Positions 54,396-62,676 of a DNA stretch of 64,000 bases are shown one piece after another. The notes beneath the pieces are model-generated. The model searched no databases. It saw nothing but the letters and a program-made list of their open reading frames with translations, and was not told the origin of the DNA. The translations under genes were made by a program, and so were the position numbers. Within the stretch, counting starts at the first letter, position 1, and each line of letters opens with the position of its first letter. The DNA is from an uncultured delta proteobacterium (lineage in GTDB: Bacteria; Myxococcota_A; UBA9160; JAFDET01): NCBI GenBank assembly GCA_947259215.1, contig CAMYLJ010000001.1, forward strand, positions 84,505 to 148,504, given 5' to 3'.

Positions 54396-54918
54396 GTACG
54401 GCAACGGCGGAGCGCCGCCGGTCGGGCCGGAGATCCCGGACAGCGCCGCGGAGGCGCTGGGCCGGGCAGCCGCCCACGCGCGGCTGGCAGCGGCGGAGAC
54501 CCTGCGCGCGCTGCGCGCGCTGGCCGACGCGGGCGCACTGGCCGCCGGCGGGGGTCCGCTGGCCGAGGACACCACCCTGGGGCTGGTGGCCCGCTCCCTG
54601 GACGAGCTGGCGTCGACCCTGGCCGCCGGCGCCGACGGCGCGGGCTCCGGCGTGCTGCGGGCCGTGGCCGAGGCCCTGGACGCGGAGATCGCCCGCTGGG
54701 AGGAGCGCGCCCGGGAGGACTCCGACGCCCGGGCCGTGCTCCGCGCGTACCTGGGGCTGCGCGAGATCCTGTGGGAGCTCGGCGTGCGCCCGCGCCCCTC
54801 CGAGGACGAGCGCCGCCGGAGCCAGCCCCGGGGCGGCCGCGGCGGCGGACGGGGGCGCGTGCAGCGGGTGCCGGTCGAGGAGCGAGTGCTAGCTTCCGCC
54901 CGATGCCTTCCGTCCTGA
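54385..54918 (+). CDS. Hypothetical protein
   Basis: 177 aa, Ala/Leu-rich helical with an RGG-rich tail. Coding-like codons. It overlaps the arsA-like gene by 11 nt and phaR by 16 nt. Confidence 0.5.
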   Translation: MAAEYGNGGAPPVGPEIPDSAAEALGRAAAHARLAAAETLRALRALADAGALAAGGGPLAEDTTLGLVARSLDELASTLAAGADGAGSGVLRAVAEALDAEIARWEERAREDSDARAVLRAYLGLREILWELGVRPRPSEDERRRSQPRGGRGGGRGRVQRVPVEERVLASARCLPS

Positions 54919-55433
54919 TCAAGCGCTACGCCAACCGCAAGCTCTACAACACCGAAACGAGTCGGTACATCACCCTCAAGGGCATCGCGGAGCTCATCGA
55001 AGAGGGCCGCGAGGTCCGGGTGATCGACAACGAGACCGGCGAGGACATCACGTCGGTCGCGCTCTCCCAGATCCTGGTGGACAGCGAGCGGGCCAGCCGC
55101 AACGTTCCCGGCTCGGTGCTCACGGAGCTCATCTCCAAGGGCGGCGATGCGCTCTACACGGCGCTGCGCAAGCGCGTGGACGGTGCCCAGGAGGGCATGG
55201 ACGAGCTGCGGCGCAGCGTGCGCAAGGTGATCAGCCAGCGCGAGCGCGACATGAGCGGCTGGATCAACGAGTCGCGCACCGACGCGGAGAGCGCCGTCCA
55301 GCAGGCCGTGGAGCACGTCTTCCGGGCTCTCGACCTGCCCCGCCGCTCGGACATCGACGCCCTGAACGCCAATCTCGAGCGGCTGGCCAAAGCCCTCGAG
55401 AACCTGGAGTCGATGCCCCCCGAGTCCGACTGA
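54903..55433 (+). CDS. phaR: PHA synthesis repressor PhaR-like protein (N-terminal PHB/PHA regulator DNA-binding domain plus phasin-like tail)
   Basis: LIKRYANRKLYNTETSRYITLKGIAELIEEGREVRVIDNETGEDITSVALSQIL. Confidence 0.8.
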   Translation: MPSVLIKRYANRKLYNTETSRYITLKGIAELIEEGREVRVIDNETGEDITSVALSQILVDSERASRNVPGSVLTELISKGGDALYTALRKRVDGAQEGMDELRRSVRKVISQRERDMSGWINESRTDAESAVQQAVEHVFRALDLPRRSDIDALNANLERLAKALENLESMPPESD

Positions 55434-55436
55434 GGC

Positions 55437-56414
55437 TCAGCCCCAGACCCCCGGACGGGCGTGCAGCCCCTCTTCCAGCAGCCGCTGGATCTCTCCCCGC
55501 AGCTCCTCGGTCAGGCGCGACACCAGTAGCTCGTCGCGGGCGTCGTCGGGCGCCAGGCGGTCGATCGCCAGGGGCTCCCCGAAGCGGATCACCCACTTGC
55601 TCGGCAGCGGCACGGCACCGAGGGGGCCGAGCCAGGGGAAGGTGGGGGTCACGGGCAGGAACGGCAGGCCGACGGCGCGCGCCAGGGTCCCCACCTTGAA
55701 CAGGATCGGGTGCGCCTCCTCCGCGCCCACCACGCCCACCGGCACCAGCGGCGCCCCCGTCTCGAGCGCCACCCGCACGACGCCGCCGCGCCCGAAGCGC
55801 TGCAGGCGGTAGCGCTCGCGGAAGACCTTGGCGGCGCCCTTCTGGCCCTCGGGAAAGGCGATCACCCAGCCGCCGTCGGCGAGCAGCCGCTGCGCGTTCT
55901 CGCGACAGGCCCGCACGCCTCCGAGACGAGCCAGCGCCGGCTGCACGAACGGGAGGGTCATCAGCCAGTCCGCCACCAGGAAGCGCGGCCGCACCGCGTC
56001 GCCGCGCCAGCGAGCGACCGCGTGGGCGATCAGCAGCCCGTCGTAGGGGAGCAGGCCCGAGCGGTTGGCCACCAGCAGGCAGGGACCCGTCGGGGGCAGG
56101 TTTCCGAGCCCGCCGACGTCGGCCCTCCAGTAGCGGTCCTGCAGGAAGTCGAGCAGCGGGCGCGCCCGACGAACCGCCTCGGCGTCCATCCCGAACTCGT
56201 CCACCTCGCCCGAGTGCTCCGCCATGCCGAAGCGGCCCGCGCGGGCGCGCAGCTCGTCGAAGAGCTCGATCCAGTCGCGCGCCAGGTCCTCGGAGCCGCC
56301 CTCGCCGGGGCGGAAGCGGCGATCGATCTCGCCGCGCAGATCGTCCAGGGCCGTCCGGATCTCGTCTAAGCCGGCCTCGCGGGGCTCGGATCGCTCGCTG
56401 GGGGTGTCGCTCAC
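55437..56414 (-). CDS. Lysophospholipid acyltransferase (PlsC/LPLAT) family protein with an atypical motif I
   Basis: FPEGQKG (motif III-like) and VPVGVVG. Motif I reads LLVANRSGLLPYDG, with no His. Confidence 0.65.
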   Translation of the reverse strand: MSDTPSERSEPREAGLDEIRTALDDLRGEIDRRFRPGEGGSEDLARDWIELFDELRARAGRFGMAEHSGEVDEFGMDAEAVRRARPLLDFLQDRYWRADVGGLGNLPPTGPCLLVANRSGLLPYDGLLIAHAVARWRGDAVRPRFLVADWLMTLPFVQPALARLGGVRACRENAQRLLADGGWVIAFPEGQKGAAKVFRERYRLQRFGRGGVVRVALETGAPLVPVGVVGAEEAHPILFKVGTLARAVGLPFLPVTPTFPWLGPLGAVPLPSKWVIRFGEPLAIDRLAPDDARDELLVSRLTEELRGEIQRLLEEGLHARPGVWG

Positions 56415-56424
56415 GGCCGGCTCC

Positions 56425-57387
56425 TCAGCGGTAGCGGCGCATCCGACGCGCGGAAACGAAGGCCATCCAGGCCTCCCGAGTGGAGTAGACTGGCGGCCCG
56501 AACGCCGCCCAGCCGCGCGCGCCGTCGGCCACCCACAGGTAGCGCAGGTAGTCGTAGAAGCCGTCGGGCGGATCGCCCGTCTGCCCCTGGGACGGGTAGT
56601 AGCGGAGCCGGTAGAGCAGCGGTGCCGGCAGCGGCAGGGAGCGCTTGCCCGCCAGGCGCAGCAGCATGGAGAGCGGCAGCACGCCCCGGCCCACCACGTT
56701 GTAGACGCCCGGGTGCTCCTCGAGCGCCGCCTTCTCGAAGACGCGCAGGGCGTCGTCCTCGTGCACGAACTGGAGCAGCGGGTCGTAGCCCAGCAAGGTC
56801 GGCACCACCGGGCGCCCCAGGTAGCGGACCACGTGGTCCGAGTAGCTGGGTCCCATGATCCAGCACGTGCGCAGCACGGTCACGCGGGTGTCGGGATGAC
56901 GCGACGCCCAGTCCGCCAGCACCGCTTCGGCCTCGCGGCGGTTCTCCACGTTGTGCGCGTCCGGATGACCGCGCAGCGGGTGGTCCTCGGACAGGAAGTT
57001 GGGATTGTCCGGGCGCGGCCCGTAGGTCATGGTGCTGGAGGCCAGCACCAGGCGCTTCACCTTGGCCGCGGCGCAGGCGTTCACCAGGTGCAGCGTCCCG
57101 ATGGTCTCGAGCTCGTGGTCGTACTCCAGGTCGGGGTCGGGATCGCTTCGGAAGGCGGTGTGGACCACCGCCTCGACACGCTCGCGCTCGAAGATCTCGG
57201 CCAGGCGGCCGTCGGCCGTCGGGTCGGTCAGGTCCACGCGCTGGAAGCGCGAAGGAGTCGGCAGGCGGTGGGGGCGCCGGAGGTCGATGGCCACCAGCGC
57301 GCGCTCGGGCTGACGCTCGGCGATCCGCTGGAGCAGGCGCCCCCCCAGGAAGGTCCGGAGCCCCGTGATGGCAATCGAGCCGCGCAT
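56425..57387 (-). CDS. NAD-dependent epimerase/dehydratase family protein
   Basis: Trimmed to ATG at 57387 (MRGSIAITGLRTFLGGRL). Extended-SDR architecture. Confidence 0.75.
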   Translation of the reverse strand: MRGSIAITGLRTFLGGRLLQRIAERQPERALVAIDLRRPHRLPTPSRFQRVDLTDPTADGRLAEIFERERVEAVVHTAFRSDPDPDLEYDHELETIGTLHLVNACAAAKVKRLVLASSTMTYGPRPDNPNFLSEDHPLRGHPDAHNVENRREAEAVLADWASRHPDTRVTVLRTCWIMGPSYSDHVVRYLGRPVVPTLLGYDPLLQFVHEDDALRVFEKAALEEHPGVYNVVGRGVLPLSMLLRLAGKRSLPLPAPLLYRLRYYPSQGQTGDPPDGFYDYLRYLWVADGARGWAAFGPPVYSTREAWMAFVSARRMRRYR

Positions 57388-57413
57388 CCCGCTCTCAGAT
57401 ACCATCGTGCGCC

Positions 57414-58460
57414 GTGAACCGCATCGCCATCGTCGAGGATCCTCGCTACGCGGACCACCGCCCCCCGGCCGGCCACCCCGAGCGCCCGGAGCGCCTGGAG
57501 GCCGTGAGGCGCGCCATCCGCGAGCGGGAGGACCGGCTCCGCCGCCTGGCGCCACGCCCCGGCAGCGACGAGGAGATCCTGCGGATCCACGAGCGCGAGC
57601 ACCTGGCGCTCGTCGCCGAGGCCGCCCGCCGCGCGCCGGCGCGGCTCGACCCCGACACCTTCGCCTCGCCGGAGAGCCTGGACGTGGCGAGGCTCGCCGT
57701 CGGCGGCACGATCGAGGCCGCCCGCGCCGTGGCGCGGGGGGAGGCCGCCAGCGCCCTGGCCGCGGTGCGCCCGCCGGGACATCACGCCGAGGCCAGCCGC
57801 GCCATGGGGTTCTGCCTCTTCAACAACGTGGCCATCGCAGCCCGCGCGCTCCAGCGCGAGGACGGCCTGGAGCGCCTGCTGATCCTCGACTGGGACGTCC
57901 ACCACGGCAACGGAACCCAGCACAGCTTCGAGAACGACCCGTCGGTGCTCTACCTCTCGACCCACCAGTTCCCCTACTACCCGGGGACCGGAGACTTCTG
58001 CGAGGCGGGTCGCGGCCCCGGCGAAGGCGCCACCCTGAACGTCCCGATGCCACCCGGCTGCGGCGATGACGAGTACCTGGGCGCCTTCCAGCGCATCGTC
58101 GTGCCCGCGGTCCGGGCCTTCCGGCCCGAGATCATCCTGGTCTCGTGCGGCTTCGACGCGCATCGTGACGACCCGCTGGCCGCGATGGAGCTGAGCGGCG
58201 CGGGCTACGGCGCGCTCACCTCCATCGTGCGCGCCCTGGCGGAGGACCTGTGCGGCGGCCGGCTGGTCTTCGTGCTCGAGGGCGGGTACGCGGAGCGCGG
58301 CCTGCACGAGGGGACGGCCGCCGTGCTGGACGCCCTGCTCGCGCCGGAGGCCGAGACACCGCCCACGCCGGAGGCACCGGCCGGGAGCACCCTGCGCGGG
58401 CTCGTGGAGCGGGTCTGCGCCGTCCACGGGGCCCGAATCCCGGGCATCGTCGCGGCCTAG
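57414..58460 (+). CDS. Histone deacetylase-family (class II HDAC / acetylpolyamine amidohydrolase-like) enzyme
   Basis: RPPGHHA, DWDVHHGNGTQ and a YPGTG loop. Confidence 0.85.
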   Translation: MNRIAIVEDPRYADHRPPAGHPERPERLEAVRRAIREREDRLRRLAPRPGSDEEILRIHEREHLALVAEAARRAPARLDPDTFASPESLDVARLAVGGTIEAARAVARGEAASALAAVRPPGHHAEASRAMGFCLFNNVAIAARALQREDGLERLLILDWDVHHGNGTQHSFENDPSVLYLSTHQFPYYPGTGDFCEAGRGPGEGATLNVPMPPGCGDDEYLGAFQRIVVPAVRAFRPEIILVSCGFDAHRDDPLAAMELSGAGYGALTSIVRALAEDLCGGRLVFVLEGGYAERGLHEGTAAVLDALLAPEAETPPTPEAPAGSTLRGLVERVCAVHGARIPGIVAA

Positions 58461-58618
58461 GCGAAGAATCTCGCGCCCCGGTCCACGCCAGATGTAGTGG
58501 TGCGAAGTCACCACGAACCCAACATCTTGGGTGAAAAACCCATCCCACCAAAAAAAGTGCGTGCGGGCGGGAATTTATGTTGCCGGTTGCCGCTCGGCTG
58601 ATGTAAAAGAGGTTTCAG

Positions 58619-58645
58619 GTGGGATGAAGTGGGATCAAGTGGGAT
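58619..58645 (+). promoter_or_regulatory. Probable MraZ operator: three direct GTGGGAT repeats with 10-nt periodicity
   Basis: GTGGGATgaaGTGGGATcaaGTGGGAT. Related or inverted copies lie at 58542-48, 58650-56 and 58675-86. A candidate promoter TTGCCG-N16-TGTAAA sits at 58580-58607, with an A7 tract at 58550-56. Confidence 0.7.
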
Positions 58646-58691
58646 GCAGATCCCATCACCGACGCCACCGAGGGTTGGGATCCCATCAACG

Positions 58692-59135
58692 ATGTTTCGG
58701 GGCCGGGCTGTCCATACGATCGACCAGAAGGGTCGGCTGAGCATTCCGGCGGGATTTCGGATGGAACTGGAACGACGCAGCGAGCGGGCACCGATCCTCA
58801 CCAACCAGCTCCAGTGTCTGGCGCTCTACCCCTACGAGGGCTGGCGCGAGATCGAGCAGGAGCTGGAGGAGGCCTCCCCGCTCCAGCCCGAGGTCCAGGC
58901 CCTGGGCCGCTTCCTCATCTCGGGCGCCAGCGAGTGCCCCGTCGACAAGCAGGGGCGGATCTCGATTCCCCAGGTGCTGCGCGAGCACGCGGCCCTGGAC
59001 AAGGAAGTGATGGTCGCCGGCGTGGGGCGGCACGTGGAGATCTGGGACCGCACGCGGTTCGAGCAGGAGCTCGCCCGCACCCAGGCCCAGTTCAACGAGA
59101 TTTCCGCGACCGTGGCGCGGGAGCGCCGGTCGTGA
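58692..59135 (+). CDS. mraZ: Transcriptional regulator MraZ
   Basis: ATG at 58692 (MFRGRAVHTIDQKGRLSIPAGFR). The second SpoVT/AbrB-like repeat reads VDKQGRISIPQVLRE. Confidence 0.9.
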   Translation: MFRGRAVHTIDQKGRLSIPAGFRMELERRSERAPILTNQLQCLALYPYEGWREIEQELEEASPLQPEVQALGRFLISGASECPVDKQGRISIPQVLREHAALDKEVMVAGVGRHVEIWDRTRFEQELARTQAQFNEISATVARERRS

Positions 59136-59387
59136 CGCGCGGTGTTGGGGGGTTCGGAGGAGCTCGCTCCTCCGGGTGAGAGGTTGGGGTGTCCCCGGGG
59201 CGTTCCGTGGTGGCGGACTCGTCAAGGGGGGGACGGGCCGCTGGTGCGGCGTTCCGGGGCACCCCAGACCCCTCTCGGTTTTTCGGGAGCGGTCGGGTCG
59301 GGCGACGTGACGTACGGCGGGGCATCCCCGCCAGCCCAGCGCGGGCGCTCCAGGACGCACAGACGAGGATGGGCCGCGGAGGCCCGA

Positions 59388-60340
<953 letters not shown>

Positions 60341-60344
<4 letters not shown>

Positions 60345-60700
60345 CGTCCCTGGAACGGCACCCCACCCTGCTCGCCCGGCCCGCGAGCCAGCGGCCGGCC
60401 TGGTGGCCCGCTCGCGGCCTCGCGCTCGCGATCGTGGCCACGGCCCTGACCCTGGCACTCGGCCTCTCGAGCCTGCGCGGCCGCATCATCGAGCTCCGCT
60501 ATCGGGCCGCCGAGGTCCTGCGCGAAGAGCGCTCTCTCGAGGCCGAGCGCCGCGAGCTGGCCGCCCGGGTACAGCGGCTGCGCGATCCGAAGCGACTGGC
60601 CGCCCTGGCCCGGGAGCGCGGCTTCGCGCGGCCGGAGCGCCTCCAGAGCCTCGCACCCGCCAGCCGACCGGGCGGGGACGTGGAGCCCGCCGGGCGATGA
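60341..60700 (+). CDS. ftsL: Cell division protein FtsL
   Basis: GTGA overlap with rsmH. Single TM segment (GLALAIVATALTLALGL) plus a coiled coil. Position is canonical. Confidence 0.7.
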
Positions 60701-62676
60701 GGTCGCCCGCCCTTCGCATCTCGACGAGGCGGCTCGGGATCGCGAGGGCGGCTCTGCTGATCGCACTGATGGCCCTCTCTGCGCGCAGCGTCCAGCTCGC
60801 CTTCGACGGCCGCAGCCTGGAGCGCGCCCGGGTGCAGCAGGGCACCTGGCTGCGCATCGCCGCCGAGCGCGGAGCCCTGTTCGATCGCAACGGCGCCGAG
60901 CTCGCGGTCACCACCACGGCGCCATCGGTGTTCGCGCGCCCGCGGCTCGTCACGGACCCGGACGCGGCGGCCAGGCGCCTGGCGCGGACCCTCGGCATGG
61001 ATCGCCGCGGGCTGGCCGCGCGGCTGCGAAGGGACTCGAACTTCGTCTTCCTCGCGCGCTGGATCGACCCGAAGCGCGCCGGGCGGGTCCGCGCGCTCGA
61101 CATCCCGGGCATCGAGATCGCCGACGAGCCGCGCCGCGTCTACCCGCACGACGAGCTGGCCGCGTCCGTGATCGGGTTCGCCAACATCGACGGCGAGGGC
61201 GTGCGCGGGGTGGAGCAGCAGCAGGACGGCTGGCTGCGCGGTGCACCCCAGGTCTACCGCGTGGAGCGCGACGCGCGGGGGCGCCTGCTGGGGATGGCGG
61301 GCCTGCGCCGCGCGGCGGCGCGCGGCGGCGATGTGCGCCTCAGCCTCGACGCCGGCTTCCAGGCCGATGCGGAGGAGGCCCTGGCGGCGGCCGTGGGAAC
61401 GACCTCGGCGCGCGCCGGCAGCGTCGTCAGCCTGGACCCCCACTCGGGCGAGATCCTGGCCCTCGCCGAGTGGCCCAGCTTCGACCCCAACGCCTTCCGG
61501 CGCGTGCGCTACGCCGACACTGGCTCGCGCGCCTTCCAGTCGGCGCTCGAGCCGGGCTCGACCCTGAAGGCCTTCCTGGTGGCCGGGGCCCTGGAAGCCC
61601 AGGCCGTGCGGGTCGACCAGGTGATCGACCTCGAGGGCGGGTCGTACCGCGTCCCCGGCAAGACCATCCGCGACCTCCACCCGAAAGGGGACCTGCGGCC
61701 GGCCGGCGTGCTGCGTGTCTCGAGCAACGTCGGGGCCGTCAAGATCGCCCAGGCCCTGGGCCCCGAGCGGCACTTCGAGACCCTGCGGGCGTTCGGGTTC
61801 GGGGAACGCAGCGGAAGCGGATTCCCCTTCGAGTCCACCGGCCTCTTGCGCTCGTGGCGCCACTGGCGACCGGTGGACCATGCCACCGTGGCCTTCGGCC
61901 AGGGTCTCGGCGTCACGCCCGTCCAGCTCGCCGCCGCGACGGCGGTGCTGGCCAACGGCGGCACCCTGATGCGCCCGCGCCTGGTGGACGCCCGGCGTCG
62001 CCCCGGCGGCCCGTGGCGCCCCACGACGCCGGAGCGCGTGCGGCGGGTGCTGTCGCGGGAGACGGCGGCAGCCGTGCGCGAGATGCTGGAGGCGGTGGCC
62101 ACCCCCGAGGGCACCGCGCGTCGCGCCGCGCTCGTCGGGGTGCCGGTGGCCGGCAAGACCGGCACGGCCCAGAAGCTCGACCGCGACGCGGGAACGTACT
62201 CGGCGACCCGCTATCATGCCTGGTTCGTAGGCATCGTTCCTGCCGACGAGCCCCGGCTGGTGATCGTGGCCGAGCTCGACGAGCCGAGGGCGGGCCTGCA
62301 TCACGGTGGGGCGTCGGCGGCGCCGCTCTTTGCGGCGGTGGCCAGCGCCCAGCTTGCACGGCTCGGCATCGCGACCGAGCCGAAGTGGCGGCGGCCCACA
62401 GCCGTGGCCGTCGCCCGGGCGACCGCGCCCCCTGCCCCCGAGGCGCGGTCGGCGGAACTCGAACGGTTGACCCGAGTCGGTGACCGGCTGTTTCTGCCGG
62501 ACTTCCGCGGCCTGACCGTGGCGGAGGTGCGGGCGATCACGGCGGGGCAGGCCCTCGACCTCGAGATTGTCGGCGAGGGCCGCGCCATCGACCAGGACCC
62601 CGACCCGGGCACGATCCTGGCCGGCGCCCGGAAGCGGATCCGGGTCCATTTCGACCGGGACGGAAACGAGGGCTGA
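60697..62676 (+). CDS. ftsI: Peptidoglycan D,D-transpeptidase FtsI (PBP3) with a C-terminal PASTA-like domain
   Basis: ATGA overlap with ftsL. Motifs: SXXK (GSTLKAF), SSN (RVSSNVG) and KTGT (AGKTGTA). Confidence 0.9.
   Translation: MRSPALRISTRRLGIARAALLIALMALSARSVQLAFDGRSLERARVQQGTWLRIAAERGALFDRNGAELAVTTTAPSVFARPRLVTDPDAAARRLARTLGMDRRGLAARLRRDSNFVFLARWIDPKRAGRVRALDIPGIEIADEPRRVYPHDELAASVIGFANIDGEGVRGVEQQQDGWLRGAPQVYRVERDARGRLLGMAGLRRAAARGGDVRLSLDAGFQADAEEALAAAVGTTSARAGSVVSLDPHSGEILALAEWPSFDPNAFRRVRYADTGSRAFQSALEPGSTLKAFLVAGALEAQAVRVDQVIDLEGGSYRVPGKTIRDLHPKGDLRPAGVLRVSSNVGAVKIAQALGPERHFETLRAFGFGERSGSGFPFESTGLLRSWRHWRPVDHATVAFGQGLGVTPVQLAAATAVLANGGTLMRPRLVDARRRPGGPWRPTTPERVRRVLSRETAAAVREMLEAVATPEGTARRAALVGVPVAGKTGTAQKLDRDAGTYSATRYHAWFVGIVPADEPRLVIVAELDEPRAGLHHGGASAAPLFAAVASAQLARLGIATEPKWRRPTAVAVARATAPPAPEARSAELERLTRVGDRLFLPDFRGLTVAEVRAITAGQALDLEIVGEGRAIDQDPDPGTILAGARKRIRVHFDRDGNEG

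Noticed and set aside
58619-58645. Short phased direct repeats that could superficially look like a mini CRISPR array or a satellite.
   Set aside because: The repeats are 7 nt long with 3-nt spacers and sit directly upstream of mraZ. This matches an MraZ operator, not a CRISPR array, and no cas genes are present in the window.
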